A stretch of 64,000 bases of DNA, from the NCBI GenBank assembly GCA_013003555.1, contig JABDIV010000056.1, forward strand, positions 3,384 to 67,383. Direction: 5' to 3'. Below are positions 38,032-48,684 of this stretch, piece after piece (position 1 is the stretch's first letter; each line of letters starts with the position of its first letter). The notes beneath the pieces are model-generated. The model was not told the DNA's origin, did no database searches, and was given only the letters and a program-made list of their open reading frames with translations. This DNA is from Flavobacteriaceae bacterium (GTDB taxonomy: Bacteria > Bacteroidota > Bacteroidia > Flavobacteriales > Flavobacteriaceae). The position numbers and the translations under genes were made by a program.

Positions 38032-38223
38032 TTATACAACCTTCACGTTTACCGCGTTCATACCTTTTTTACCTTCTTTTAATTCAAATTCAACAGCATC
38101 TCCTTGTTTAATTTCTTCGGCTAAGCCTGAAATGTGAACGAAATACTCTGCACCTGAATCGTCTTCAGTAATGAATCCATATCCTTTGGAGTCATTGAAG
38201 AACTTTACTGTACCTTGTTTCAA
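38032..38223 (-). CDS. Cold-shock protein (CspA family)
   Basis: GTVKFFNDSKGYGFI (RNP1) and FVHISGL (RNP2). It starts at TTG; a TAA stop lies 8 codons upstream in frame with no ATG in between. Confidence 0.93.
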   Translation of the reverse strand: MKQGTVKFFNDSKGYGFITEDDSGAEYFVHISGLAEEIKQGDAVEFELKEGKKGMNAVNVKVV

Positions 38224-38252
38224 AATAAATAATAAATAATAAAATTAAAGTA

Positions 38253-38260
38253 CAAAGATA
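38253..38260 (-). promoter_or_regulatory. Candidate -7 box (TATCTTTG) for csp
   Basis: Exact TAnnTTTG match 30 nt upstream of the TTG start. Confidence 0.35.
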
Positions 38261-38451
38261 ATCTTTTATCATTCAATAATCCTTTCATTTAAAAATTTAA
38301 TCAAAAAATAACATTTGTAAAATTGCGTACATCCTTCAAAAAATTACAAACTTATAAATTTTGATAGTTGTTCAATTTTGTTGAATTTATATGAAATTCT
38401 TTTTAGTTTAGGATTTTTATGCGCATTTCAATAAGTCAGGTAATTAGATGA

Positions 38452-38616
38452 TTAGATATTTTTTTCGTGGTTATCATTTATTCTCGAATTGTCCTGAATA
38501 TCTTCATTATCTGAATTACTTTCTTTTTTCATTTGTATGTAGCGAGTAACCAATCGAACGCCGAGACGGGCGAAAAGAATAATTGCAATTACTAGTACGA
38601 TGTCAATTCCGTCCAT
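38452..38616 (-). CDS. Possible 54-aa single-TM protein (not in ORF track)
   Basis: Hand translation gives MDGIDIVLVIAIILFARLGVRLVTRYIQMKKESNSDNEDIQDNSRINDNHEKNI. It has an ATG start, one TM helix and an acidic tail. No homology support. Confidence 0.3.
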   Translation of the reverse strand: MDGIDIVLVIAIILFARLGVRLVTRYIQMKKESNSDNEDIQDNSRINDNHEKNI

Positions 38617-38636
38617 TTATCTTGGTTTAATTCACC

Positions 38637-39359
38637 TTACTCATTTAAGTTTAGCTCTGAATTAATAATAGTCTGTATCCCATCAATCAATACAATGCCT
38701 TGTTCGATATGATCAACCATTCCACCGTAATTGTCGATATTTATGATCAGCAAGTTTCGATTCTCTCCACGTTCATTAAATAATTGAAAATTATCCAGAA
38801 CCAAATATTCCTGGAATTTCATTTCCACAATATGTTTTTTTAGCATTGGTAACCAGTCTACGTTAAAGGTTCGTTCAATATCTTCCATTGACTTTTTAAT
38901 ATGCATGGATTTACCTTCATAGTAAGATCCTAGAAGAAGCCGTAATTCTTTGTTGGAAACCTCATCAAGTCCCTTTGATTTAAGAACTTCATAAGCATTG
39001 GTCAGGGGTTGAAACCGATCGAATTGTACAATATCACCCAACCAGAATTTTAAACTATCACCATTGACCTTGGTGATTTCTGTGGCAAGAATTTTTTTTG
39101 ACGATTGTATGGCATTCCGACCGTTTCTGGCAAACTGGGATAAATTTAACTTGTCTATTTCCAGATTGGTGTGAATTTGGGAGAGCATATCGGATTCGAA
39201 AGCCTGGCTTTTTCTGTTTTGATTCCAATTATTTATTGACAGGGCAATTAAAATCCCGATAACGACCAGAACAATCTCACCGATGGCGTATTTAAAATAT
39301 TTTTTAGTATGCCCTTCTCCCATAAGATTTCTTCTAATTTTCCTAAAATATTGAATCAT
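38637..39359 (-). CDS. DUF6090-type membrane-anchored protein
   Basis: The N-terminus MIQYFRKIRRNLMGEGHTKKYFKYAIGEIVLVVIGILIALSINNWNQ is the hallmark of this flavobacterial family, as I recall it. ATG at 39359 preferred. Confidence 0.6.
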   Translation of the reverse strand: MIQYFRKIRRNLMGEGHTKKYFKYAIGEIVLVVIGILIALSINNWNQNRKSQAFESDMLSQIHTNLEIDKLNLSQFARNGRNAIQSSKKILATEITKVNGDSLKFWLGDIVQFDRFQPLTNAYEVLKSKGLDEVSNKELRLLLGSYYEGKSMHIKKSMEDIERTFNVDWLPMLKKHIVEMKFQEYLVLDNFQLFNERGENRNLLIINIDNYGGMVDHIEQGIVLIDGIQTIINSELNLNE

Positions 39360-39364
39360 CCCTC

Positions 39365-39559
39365 TTAAATATTCACAAACTCCCACCCTGCAAGCTTATT
39401 ATCACACAGGTCAATTTCAGTTTCATTCAAAACAATGCCATGCTCTAACATGGCCTTGAGATTGGTTAACCAGAAGGTCCATCCATTACTGCATCCCAGG
39501 TGTACCTCGAGTTTCGTTTTTTCATCGGTTGGTATATCATATTGCTTCAATGTGAGCAA
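39365..39559 (-). pseudogene. Remnant of an SRPBCC/AHSA1-type gene (C-terminal half only)
   Basis: LTLKQYDIPTDE...GWTFWLTNLKAMLEHG matches the C-terminal end of Aha1-like SRPBCC domains. There is no ATG, and the space for the N-terminal half is occupied by the neighbouring 1048-aa gene. Confidence 0.4.
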
Positions 39560-39579
39560 AACAGAATCATGTTGTTTAT

Positions 39580-42500
39580 TTAATCTTTCAATATTATTGC
39601 CGGGAGATCCAATTGTTTATACAACGTGTTATAGGCTTTCATCTCGGTATTTACAATTGCATCGCGCTCCTGTCTAAATCCTTGCCATTGATTCATTAAA
39701 TCGTTGAGCCGTTGCTTGGCGCCCTCGGTTACCTTAGGTTCAGGTGCATCGACAAATCCTTTTAAATGCATGAGCTGGGCATTGAGCTTGTTGTTGAAAT
39801 TAATCACATCCTGAAACGTTTTTTGATCAGGTTGGATCAGGTTTCGCTCCCATTCGTCAATACGTTTGATTAGCTTCTTTCCCGTTTCGACCAGGTTTGA
39901 AGCATCGTTTTTGTCCTTTAATAATTTCGCGTATGCCTGCAGTTGCCCCTTGGCCGAACGCATACTATTTACAGATTCATGCATCTCCCTGATTGTATTT
40001 TCAATACGCAGCAGCATGGCCTGTTGTTCTTCAAAATCGGTCTTCGTTGCTTGCACTTTTGGATTCTGTAAAATGGTAACCTCTGTTTCAACCGATTTAT
40101 CGACAAGGCTTAAACGAAGAGTATAATTCCCGGGAGCCACACTTGATCCTGCATAATTTCCAAAAACAAAAACATTTTCTATAGATGGTAACGCGTCGCG
40201 ATTAAAATCCCAGGTAAATCGATTGTATCCTTTTTTTGATGGAAGCTGCGCTGGTCTTGGCGGTCCGCCCGCCCAAGATTTAAAATCTTTTTGAGCTTTG
40301 CTCGAAATGGATCGGATCACCTGACCCTTTGATATGACCTCTAGCTTTAATTCCAGTGAATCAACTTTTTCAGTTAAATAATAATCGAAAGTAACACCGC
40401 GTTTTGGATTTTGACCCAACCCGGGGATGGGTTGATTGGGGGCATTGCCAAAAATTCTGTAGGTGTCTTTCGGTTTGAAAATTGTCAGTTCCTTATGTTC
40501 GGAATGACTGTTTTGAATCGGTGCCAGGTCGTCAAGGATCCAGAACGATCGACCAGCAGTGGCAGCAACCAGATCATTATCCTGTATATAAAGATCATTG
40601 ATTGCGACAACGGGTAAATTTAATTGAAGCTGCTGCCAGTTTATACCATCATCTAAAGACACATATAACCCTGTTTCTGTCGCTGCGTAAAGCAGACCTT
40701 TGCGTTTATGATCTTCGCGAACCACACGGGCAAAAGTATGCGGGTCATCGATCCCGTTTACACGTTTATCCCATGATGTTCCATAATCGGATGATTTAAA
40801 TATATAAGGTTTCAAATCCTGATATTTATATCGCATTACAGTTATGTAAACTGTCCCAGGATCGTGTGGTGAAACTTCAATGCTATTGATGATCCCGTCC
40901 TTAATTCCTGAAGGGGTAATATTGGTCCAGTTCGTGCCGCCATCCTTGGTGATATGCAAAAGACCGTCATCTGTACCGGCATATAATACGCCTTCTTCAT
41001 GTGCAGATTCCACAAGTGACATTATGGTATTATAATTTTCACCACCTGCCGCTTCATTGGTATAAGGGCCACCACCAGGACCTTGTTTTTCTTTCTCATT
41101 TTTGGTTAAATCACCACTTATGGGTGTCCAGCTGTGTCCGCCATCAACTGTTTTAAACACGACATTCCCGGCATGATAAATCGTATTTCGATCATGAGGG
41201 GAACTTATTATCGGCGCATTCCAATTGTACCTGTATTTAAAGTCTTTGGGTTGAATGCTTAAACCGAGTTCGGGATATTCTTTTATGGGTTTACTTTCTC
41301 GAGATTTGGCGACCCATCTTTCAATAATACCCTGATAACATCCGCCATATACATGTTCCGGATGGTCGGGATCAAAGGCCAGAAATGCACTCTCACATCC
41401 TGCCACCGAATACCAATCCTTCCAATCGATACCAAAATCGTTTGTTCGGCTGGCAATAGCGATAGCCGAATTGTCCTGTTGTCCGCCATAAACATTATAA
41501 GGCACTAAATTATCGGTTATAACCCGGTAAAATTGTGCTGTTGGTTGATTTTGCTGGGTGCTCCAGCTTTTCCCTCCATTATGTGAGATGTTCGCACCGC
41601 CGTCATTAGAATTAACCATGATTTTGTTGTCATGAGGGTTTATCCACAGGTGATGGTTGTCGCCATGCGGAACTGGAATATTCTGAAAACTACGTCCACC
41701 GTCAATGGATTTCAATACTGGTGCATTCAACACATAAACTACATTTTCATCCTGTGGGTCGGCGAAGATCTCCATATAATACCAGGAGCGTGCGATGGTG
41801 ACCCGATTTGAATTGACTTGTCTCCAGGTCTTTCCGGCATTATCCGAGCGATATACACCTCCTTTTTTACCTTCAGCCTCGATAACCGCAAAAACGCGTT
41901 CTGAGTTTGCTCGTGACACCGAAATACCCGACTTTCCGAATGCTTCAGGCAAACCATCTTTCATTTTGGCCCAGTTATTTCCTCCATCTGTCGATTTGTA
42001 CAAACCGGAATTCTCACCTCCCGATTCCATGGTCCATGGATAACGGCTATGTTGCCACATTGCGGCATAAAGGATCAGGGGATTATTCATATCCATGGAA
42101 AGTGAAGAGGCACCGGTACGGTCATTCACAGATAATATTTTTTCCCAATTCTCACCACCATCCTTTGATCGATAAACTCCGCGCTCGTTAGATGGGCCAT
42201 ACTGGGCGCCCTGCGCTGACACAAAAACAAGGTCTGGATTGGTTGGGTGGATGACCACATCACTAATATGCCTGGACTGGTCGAGACCGATATGTGACCA
42301 GGTTTTTCCTGCATCGGTCGATTTGTACATGCCGTCGCCCATTGAGGTCATGACGCCCCGGGCAGCATGTTCACCCATACCGACATAAACGATATTTGTA
42401 TTGCTCTCAGAAACTGCGATGGCTCCTACCGTTCCGGTTTTAAAAAACCCATCTGAGATATTTTTCCAGGTGATGCCATCGTCGGTTGTCTTCCAGACAC

Positions 42501-42726
42501 CTCCACCCGTCGAACCCATATAATAGGTATGGGGTTGACCGATAACCCCGGTTGAGGCAACGCTTCGGCCACCGCGAAACGGACCGATATTCCGCCATTT
42601 AAGACCATTATAATTGCTATCGTTGAGAACGATTGTTGGTCCGGCTTTTTTTGTTTTTCGCTTTTGAGCAATGACTGGATTTTGACTTAAAAAAAGACAA
42701 GCCATGAAGAGATAAAATACTTTCAT
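39580..42726 (-). CDS. Large secreted BNR/Asp-box repeat protein (sortilin/VPS10-like, annotated in relatives as glycosyl hydrolase)
   Basis: Signal peptide plus at least 10 Asp-boxes ([71 protein letters not shown] ...). C-terminal helical region. Confidence 0.8.
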   Translation of the reverse strand: MKVFYLFMACLFLSQNPVIAQKRKTKKAGPTIVLNDSNYNGLKWRNIGPFRGGRSVASTGVIGQPHTYYMGSTGGGVWKTTDDGITWKNISDGFFKTGTVGAIAVSESNTNIVYVGMGEHAARGVMTSMGDGMYKSTDAGKTWSHIGLDQSRHISDVVIHPTNPDLVFVSAQGAQYGPSNERGVYRSKDGGENWEKILSVNDRTGASSLSMDMNNPLILYAAMWQHSRYPWTMESGGENSGLYKSTDGGNNWAKMKDGLPEAFGKSGISVSRANSERVFAVIEAEGKKGGVYRSDNAGKTWRQVNSNRVTIARSWYYMEIFADPQDENVVYVLNAPVLKSIDGGRSFQNIPVPHGDNHHLWINPHDNKIMVNSNDGGANISHNGGKSWSTQQNQPTAQFYRVITDNLVPYNVYGGQQDNSAIAIASRTNDFGIDWKDWYSVAGCESAFLAFDPDHPEHVYGGCYQGIIERWVAKSRESKPIKEYPELGLSIQPKDFKYRYNWNAPIISSPHDRNTIYHAGNVVFKTVDGGHSWTPISGDLTKNEKEKQGPGGGPYTNEAAGGENYNTIMSLVESAHEEGVLYAGTDDGLLHITKDGGTNWTNITPSGIKDGIINSIEVSPHDPGTVYITVMRYKYQDLKPYIFKSSDYGTSWDKRVNGIDDPHTFARVVREDHKRKGLLYAATETGLYVSLDDGINWQQLQLNLPVVAINDLYIQDNDLVAATAGRSFWILDDLAPIQNSHSEHKELTIFKPKDTYRIFGNAPNQPIPGLGQNPKRGVTFDYYLTEKVDSLELKLEVISKGQVIRSISSKAQKDFKSWAGGPPRPAQLPSKKGYNRFTWDFNRDALPSIENVFVFGNYAGSSVAPGNYTLRLSLVDKSVETEVTILQNPKVQATKTDFEEQQAMLLRIENTIREMHESVNSMRSAKGQLQAYAKLLKDKNDASNLVETGKKLIKRIDEWERNLIQPDQKTFQDVINFNNKLNAQLMHLKGFVDAPEPKVTEGAKQRLNDLMNQWQGFRQERDAIVNTEMKAYNTLYKQLDLPAIILKD

Positions 42727-42793
42727 AATAAAATTAAATTAATAGATAACAGCAGTATATGCGTTCTATTCACTTTTGATTTTGAGGTTAGAA

Positions 42794-43885
42794 TCAGGAC
42801 TTCGACAGGTATTTGGCCAGCAATCCGTGAAAATGATGAACACCTTTCTCCCGAGTCGGTGAAAAGCGTCCGGTATTATAAAATCTTGATTGAACACCTT
42901 TATGAACCCCTTCAACAACGAATTCATCTTCACGTTCAACTTTATCGATCATGGCAGCTGCGCCATCCGCGAATTTATTTTCGTCGTAAACGTAGGTAAT
43001 AAAGGAGACCCTTGTTTTATTTAAACTTATTGGTTTAACCACATTTATAGACAGTCCCCAGGGATAAAAATTAAACATCATATTCGGGAAAACCCAATAA
43101 TAATAGGCGCCAACAGACTTCCCGTAGTCCTTATGATATTCCGGCAGATCAAAGATCTCAGTGCCATCATTGGCATAACCTATCTGTAGATTGGCATGTT
43201 CATAAATCTCGGTAGTATAGCTACCATAATCAAGAACTTCATTGAGATCCTGATGAACAAAAGGGATATGAAAACCTTCAAGGTAATTATCACAGTACAA
43301 GGCCCAGTGGCAATTTACGAGATAATCCCTGCTGGTCGTCGGCTCAAATTTGAATTCATGTAATGGCAGAAACCCTATCCGCTCTGTCATAATGCTTAAT
43401 ACTTCATCAAAGTCGAAGGCAGGATTCAAGCCTGTAAACAAAAATGGTCCAAGGGCTCTCAGCACAAATTCGTGAAGATCGTCACAGGGACGTGGGAAGT
43501 TCTCGGCTTTCTCAAATTCGGGCATCGACTTGAATGCACCATTAAGTCCGAAACGCCTTCCATGATACATACAGACCAACTGTCTTGCTTTACCAGGATT
43601 ATTCACGACAATATTACCGCGGTGAGTACAGACATTGCTAAAACAGCGAATATTATCTTCCTTATCTCGTGTCAGGACCAGGGGTTCTGTAAGATAATTA
43701 TTCAGCAGAATGAAAGGATGAACAGATTCGGTCAATTGCACAAGGTTTTCGTCGCCAACATATTGCCAGGTTCTTAAGAAAACCTTTTCCTTGATGGCTT
43801 CGAATACATCCTGGCTTCTGTAAAATTCAGCAGGAAGCGTTTCGGCATTTTTTATATCTGAACTGATGTTGAACACTTTACTCAT
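42794..43885 (-). CDS. Rieske [2Fe-2S] non-heme-iron oxygenase, alpha-subunit type
   Basis: Rieske motif CTHRGN...CMYHGRRF and mononuclear-iron region NYLEGFHIPFVH. ATG at 43885 (MSKVFN...) preferred. Confidence 0.8.
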   Translation of the reverse strand: MSKVFNISSDIKNAETLPAEFYRSQDVFEAIKEKVFLRTWQYVGDENLVQLTESVHPFILLNNYLTEPLVLTRDKEDNIRCFSNVCTHRGNIVVNNPGKARQLVCMYHGRRFGLNGAFKSMPEFEKAENFPRPCDDLHEFVLRALGPFLFTGLNPAFDFDEVLSIMTERIGFLPLHEFKFEPTTSRDYLVNCHWALYCDNYLEGFHIPFVHQDLNEVLDYGSYTTEIYEHANLQIGYANDGTEIFDLPEYHKDYGKSVGAYYYWVFPNMMFNFYPWGLSINVVKPISLNKTRVSFITYVYDENKFADGAAAMIDKVEREDEFVVEGVHKGVQSRFYNTGRFSPTREKGVHHFHGLLAKYLSKS

Positions 43886-43993
43886 TTCGCAAGACTTTAT
43901 AATAATAAATGAGGCCAATAATGATAAACAGGAATGTGCCACCAATAACCTTTAAATAGAACACAGGCTTATTTGTGATGGCTGCTGATGGCA
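43877..43993 (-). CDS. Possible 38-aa single-TM micro-protein overlapping the Rieske gene start
   Basis: Hand translation gives MPSAAITNKPVFYLKVIGGTFLFIIIGLIYYYKVLRNE. Its TAA overlaps the Rieske ATG (AATGAGTAA). Confidence 0.3.
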
Positions 43994-44385
43994 TAAAGGC
44001 TAGAATTATGAGAGAAAAATTACGCTAAATCCTAAACATGCACAAATCTACACAAGAATTTTACGCTTCATGAACAAATTGATGCCGTTTCCTTCACTTG
44101 CATTTCTGATTTTATGAAATAAAAATGCCCCGAACAGCTATAGAAATGGAATGAAGGATAAGATCACAGTCATATCATAGAGAGTCGAATAGACGTCCTT
44201 CCAGTCCGATTGGAATCAGGAAAAAAGCTTCTACCAAAATCCAAAGCGGAAAACTCGACCAGTCAGACTGAGCGGCTTGCATAAGTGATGATAACCCAAT
44301 GACACAAGTGATATTGAACAGGATCAGTCTCTGAGCCCTAATATTTTTTTTAGTTTTTGAGAATTGTTATTACCCTGGTCGTCGT

Positions 44386-45516
44386 TTATGGATTATTATT
44401 CAGAATTAGATAATTATGAATCTCCCGACCGAGTTGAGCCAAAAAAGGAATTCCGATCTCGTCATATTCATATTGATCATCGTTGAAGATTCCATCGCGG
44501 TTCACGTGAATCGTCGCAGTAATCATGTACTCCACAGAATTTTTTGAATCGACAATATAGGCGCAATCGGTAAGATACCCATAGGCATAGCCAACCTTGT
44601 TATATATTTTAATGTGATCGGGGAGTGGGTCCTTTAGATCTCCATAAATAAAGAATTTGCCATAACTGTCATAGAATTCTGAAGGATCATAATTCAGAGT
44701 TTTCGGGTATAATGCCATGCTTTTAACAAGGAAATCACGATGGTTCTCGTTAATAGCAAACCGCTGGGAAGCTGGAAAGGATTCAGGAAAGAAAACCCGC
44801 TTTATCGTTTGATGCAAAGTTGCTACTGGAAGATAATTACGTTCAGAAAAATCCATAGGTTCTTCGATCAATTCGCCATCAAGGTAATGCCCAATCCCTT
44901 TTTTAATCCGTTTCAATTCCAGGGGAGTTATTGGAGTATTAATAATGGATTCAGTGGTGAATAGGGAAGAATCACTCTGCTTAATGATTAAAGGCCGTGT
45001 TGTAAGATTATATGCATCAGAGGTCGATAACCGATGTGATATCCGAACGGGACTAATACCTAATTCAGTCAATCGCTGGTTTATTTTGTCCTTTCCGAGG
45101 TAATCGAACAAACGATTGAATGTATGGTTGCTGCTTACAGCGAAAATATCACGAATGTCATGACGAAGAGTGGTGAACATTGAATCACCTTCAACAAAAA
45201 AAGGCGTGTCCAGGTTTAGCAATTCATCCTTTTGAATTTGTTCAAGAGTAAGAATGCTGACAGGGAATTTAACGGTACTCGCCGGGTAAAAATAGGTCGA
45301 GTCATCAAGTTGATATTCAAAATCAGTAAAAACTATAGTGTCGGCTTGTCGGTCTATCGTGGTTAGTTGGATTTGAACCTCATACTGATCGACACTATCG
45401 ATAACTTGCCTGATCAGTTTTGATTCCGAGTCAAGGGCGGCCTGCAACGGATCAAAATTCGAATCTTCCGCACAGGAAACCGTAAAAAGAAGGATAAGAA
45501 TAGCTAAAGCTCGCAC
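44386..45516 (-). CDS. Class-A beta-lactamase-fold serine hydrolase lipoprotein
   Basis: Lipobox FTVSC and the S-x-x-K motif in YPASTVKFP. Confidence 0.6.
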   Translation of the reverse strand: MRALAILILLFTVSCAEDSNFDPLQAALDSESKLIRQVIDSVDQYEVQIQLTTIDRQADTIVFTDFEYQLDDSTYFYPASTVKFPVSILTLEQIQKDELLNLDTPFFVEGDSMFTTLRHDIRDIFAVSSNHTFNRLFDYLGKDKINQRLTELGISPVRISHRLSTSDAYNLTTRPLIIKQSDSSLFTTESIINTPITPLELKRIKKGIGHYLDGELIEEPMDFSERNYLPVATLHQTIKRVFFPESFPASQRFAINENHRDFLVKSMALYPKTLNYDPSEFYDSYGKFFIYGDLKDPLPDHIKIYNKVGYAYGYLTDCAYIVDSKNSVEYMITATIHVNRDGIFNDDQYEYDEIGIPFLAQLGREIHNYLILNNNP

Positions 45517-45581
45517 CGGCTGGAAAAGTTTCCTGTAAAGATAAAAAATCCGGCAAGATTGATGGAATCAGGCCACTTATA

Positions 45582-46790
45582 TCAATTAAAATCTAATATC
45601 ACCTGGTTACGCACTAAATCGTCAAGTGTTTCACCGCGCCTGATGATATGAGCCTCATCGTTGTACCATAATAATTCCATGGGCCGGAACCTAGAATTAT
45701 AGTTACTCGCCATATTAAAACAGTAGGCCCCTGCATTTCTGAATGCCAGAATATCACCTGCATTGATCTCAGGAATCCTACGGTTATTCGCGAAGGTATC
45801 AGTCTCACAGATATAGCCCACTACCGAATAGAAACGCTCCCGTCCATTTGGATTTGACAGATTAATGATCTGGTGTTGCGAACCATATAACATTGGCCTT
45901 ATAAAATGATTAAAGCCTGAATCCACCTGTGCGAATACTGTCGATGTGGTTTGTTTGATCGCATTGACCTTGGTAAGAAAATAGCCAGCTTCACTCACAA
46001 GAAATTTTCCTGGTTCAAAGGCTAAAGTAATGGGTCTTCCATATGATTTACAAAACTCTTTAAAACGTTGTGTTAGGCGTTCACCAAATTCTTCGATGTT
46101 GGTCTCTATGTCACCGTCGCGATAAGGGACTTTAAATCCTGACCCGAAATCGATAAATTCCAGATCCTCGAATTGAGAAGCTGTGTCAAATAAAATATTA
46201 CTGGCATAAAGAAAAACACCGATATCGAGAATATCACTACCGGTATGCATATGAATCCCGTTAATACGCATTCCTGTATTGCTAACAATTCGTAGAATGT
46301 GTGGAATCTGATGAATGGAGATGCCAAACTTACTATCGATATGGCCAACTGAAATGTTGGTATTTCCACCGGCCATAACGTGGGGATTGATTCGAATACA
46401 TACAGGTATTTGGGGATGTTTTGTCCCAAATTGTTCGAGTATATCCAAATTATCTATATTGATCTGCACGCCTTTTTCCGCAACCTCTTCGATTTCCTGA
46501 AACGACACACCATTTGGGGTGTATATGATCGAAGAAGGTTCAAATCCTGCCATAAGACCCAATTCAACTTCTTGAATGGAAACCGTATCCAATCCTGAAC
46601 CTAATCCTTTGAGGAATTTTAATATCGATATATTTGATAAGGCCTTTACAGCATAATTAATACGAAGAGAACTCACTTCTTTAAAAGCTGAGGTCAGGCG
46701 TTGGTATTGTGATTCTATTTTGTGAGCATCATAGACGTAAACAGGGCACCCATATTTTTCGGCAATATTTAATAGATTTTTTGCTTTCAT
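45582..46790 (-). CDS. lysA: Diaminopimelate decarboxylase
   Basis: PLP-lysine context INYAVKA, HTGS, and the ICE.D region (GYICETD). 402 aa. Confidence 0.9.
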   Translation of the reverse strand: MKAKNLLNIAEKYGCPVYVYDAHKIESQYQRLTSAFKEVSSLRINYAVKALSNISILKFLKGLGSGLDTVSIQEVELGLMAGFEPSSIIYTPNGVSFQEIEEVAEKGVQINIDNLDILEQFGTKHPQIPVCIRINPHVMAGGNTNISVGHIDSKFGISIHQIPHILRIVSNTGMRINGIHMHTGSDILDIGVFLYASNILFDTASQFEDLEFIDFGSGFKVPYRDGDIETNIEEFGERLTQRFKEFCKSYGRPITLAFEPGKFLVSEAGYFLTKVNAIKQTTSTVFAQVDSGFNHFIRPMLYGSQHQIINLSNPNGRERFYSVVGYICETDTFANNRRIPEINAGDILAFRNAGAYCFNMASNYNSRFRPMELLWYNDEAHIIRRGETLDDLVRNQVILDFN

Positions 46791-46899
46791 AGCACGGCTC
46801 AGTTTGACTACGTATTAAGGGGTTAAAGCTATGAAGAATTTTGTTAATGTGTTTATATTATGGAATTGAAATAATATTGGTTTAACGCCTGAGGTTGAT

Positions 46900-46907
46900 T
46901 ACATTTG
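46900..46907 (+). promoter_or_regulatory. Candidate promoter for sucC (-7 TACATTTG; -33 TTG at 46877-46879)
   Basis: Exact TAnnTTTG match 26 nt upstream of the ATG, with a TTG 20 nt further upstream. Confidence 0.4.
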
Positions 46908-46932
46908 CAGTGCAATAAATCACAGACAAATA

Positions 46933-48126
46933 ATGAATCTACACGAATATCAGGGAAAAGACATTTTAAGCAGTTTTGGCGTACGTATTCAGCGTGGCCA
47001 GGTTGCCCAGAGCCCTCAGGAAGCTGTTGCTGCAGCCAGGCAATTAACGGAAGAAACCGGCACGAGTTGGTATGTTATTAAAGCACAGGTCCATGCTGGT
47101 GGACGTGGAAAAGGAGGTGGAGTTAAATTGGCCAAAAGCCTAAAAGAGGTAGAGGAGATAGCGAGTCAGATTATCGGGATGAACCTTATCACACCGCAAA
47201 CATCTGCCGAAGGAAAGAAGGTTCACCAGGTTTTAATTGCCGAGGATGTCTATTATCCAGGTGAAAGTGAACCGGATGAATATTATATGTCGGTCTTATT
47301 GAATCGTGAGGAGGGTAAGAATATGATCATGTATTCGACTGAAGGCGGCATGGACATTGAAACCGTGGCTGAGGAAACACCGCAGCTGATCTTTACCGAA
47401 TTAGTTGATCCTGTGCTTGGTCTATTGCCATTTCAAGCGCGTCGTGTGGCTTTTAATCTCGGGCTCTCGGGCCAGGCGTTCAAGGAGATGGTTCGATTTG
47501 TAATGTCCTTATATACGGCTTATGCTAAATCAGACGCAACCTTGTTTGAGATCAATCCGGTTTTAAAAACCAGTGATAATAAGATTTTGGCGGTTGATTC
47601 AAAGGTGACCATCGATGACAACGCTTTATTCCGACATAAAGATTATGTCGAAATGCGAGATATTCGCGAAGAGAATCCTTTTGAAGTTGAAGCGAAAGAA
47701 GTTGGTTTAAATTATGTTGATCTTGATGGCAATGTTGGCTGCATGGTCAACGGAGCCGGTCTTGCAATGGCTACGATGGATCTGATCAAGCAGGCAGGCG
47801 GTGAACCGGCAAATTTCCTTGATGTAGGGGGAACAGCCGATGCGGCAAGGGTAGAGGCGGCCTTCCGAATAATATTAAAGGATCCAAATGTAAAGGCAAT
47901 ATTGGTCAACATTTTTGGAGGAATTGTACGTTGTGATCGGGTGGCCCAGGGAATCGTTGATGCGTATAAGAACATGGGCGATTCAATCAATGTACCGATT
48001 ATTGTAAGACTTCAGGGCACCAATGCCGATATCGCCAAAGAACTTATTGATAATTCAGGGTTGGATGTTCAAAGTGCCGTTGAATTTCAGGAAGCGGCCG
48101 ATAAGGTTCAGGCTGTAGTCTCATAA
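46933..48126 (+). CDS. sucC: Succinyl-CoA synthetase beta subunit (ADP-forming)
   Basis: MNLHEYQGKDIL N-terminus, ATP-grasp region, and GCMVNGAGLAMATMD. Confidence 0.96.
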   Translation: MNLHEYQGKDILSSFGVRIQRGQVAQSPQEAVAAARQLTEETGTSWYVIKAQVHAGGRGKGGGVKLAKSLKEVEEIASQIIGMNLITPQTSAEGKKVHQVLIAEDVYYPGESEPDEYYMSVLLNREEGKNMIMYSTEGGMDIETVAEETPQLIFTELVDPVLGLLPFQARRVAFNLGLSGQAFKEMVRFVMSLYTAYAKSDATLFEINPVLKTSDNKILAVDSKVTIDDNALFRHKDYVEMRDIREENPFEVEAKEVGLNYVDLDGNVGCMVNGAGLAMATMDLIKQAGGEPANFLDVGGTADAARVEAAFRIILKDPNVKAILVNIFGGIVRCDRVAQGIVDAYKNMGDSINVPIIVRLQGTNADIAKELIDNSGLDVQSAVEFQEAADKVQAVVS

Positions 48127-48150
48127 GTATCGTTCAAATAAAAAATATGA

Positions 48151-48174
48151 GCAGTCCAAAGGGCTGCTTTTTTT
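48151..48174 (+). terminator. Intrinsic terminator after sucC
   Basis: GCAGTCC-aaa-GGGCTGC (one G-U pair) followed by seven T. Confidence 0.7.
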
Positions 48175-48305
48175 ATTCCTTGATTATCATGGTGTTAACG
48201 CAGTATTAATTAACGTTAAACAATAGTTAATTCACATCTTCTTGTGTAACAGTTGTAGGTTTATTGTCGTCCTTTATTATGTCAATCAATTTAAATCGAA
48301 CAATT

Positions 48306-48662
48306 ATGAAAACAATCAAATCATTTTTGCTAGTTGCAGTGATTGCAGTTAGTAGTGTGCTTTCAGCCAGCACGAATCCAGACGAGGCCACAACCAAAAA
48401 AGCGGAAGCAGCCGTTGTAACCCAGGAAGTTGGGAAATTACTTCAGAATCCAACATTTCTAGTCGATCACGACATGTATGCTAATGTGACCATTACCATT
48501 AATAAAAACAACGAACTCGTTGTTTTATCTGTGGACTCGGATGACAAGATCATTGAAGGCTTTATCAAAGGGCGCTTGAACTATCATGCGCTTCCGAAAG
48601 CCTTGAAAAACAAAGAGCGCACATTTATAGTGCCGGTCAAAATAGAGGCCGAATTGTTCTAA
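48306..48662 (+). CDS. Small secreted hypothetical protein
   Basis: Signal peptide MKTIKSFLLVAVIAVSSVLSAS. No recognisable family. Start moved to the ATG at 48306. Confidence 0.45.
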   Translation: MKTIKSFLLVAVIAVSSVLSASTNPDEATTKKAEAAVVTQEVGKLLQNPTFLVDHDMYANVTITINKNNELVVLSVDSDDKIIEGFIKGRLNYHALPKALKNKERTFIVPVKIEAELF

Positions 48663-48684
48663 ACAATCATTTTGAATTAGTCTT

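Noticed and set aside
39866-42314. Multiple 60-95-aa ORFs on both strands within the 1048-aa BNR gene
   Set aside because: All are nested in a long ORF with at least ten Asp-box motifs. None has motifs or plausible starts.
46791-46932. Possible lysine riboswitch upstream of lysA
   Set aside because: The gap is only about 140 bp, is shared with the sucC promoter, and shows none of the conserved L-box helices or core sequences I can recall.
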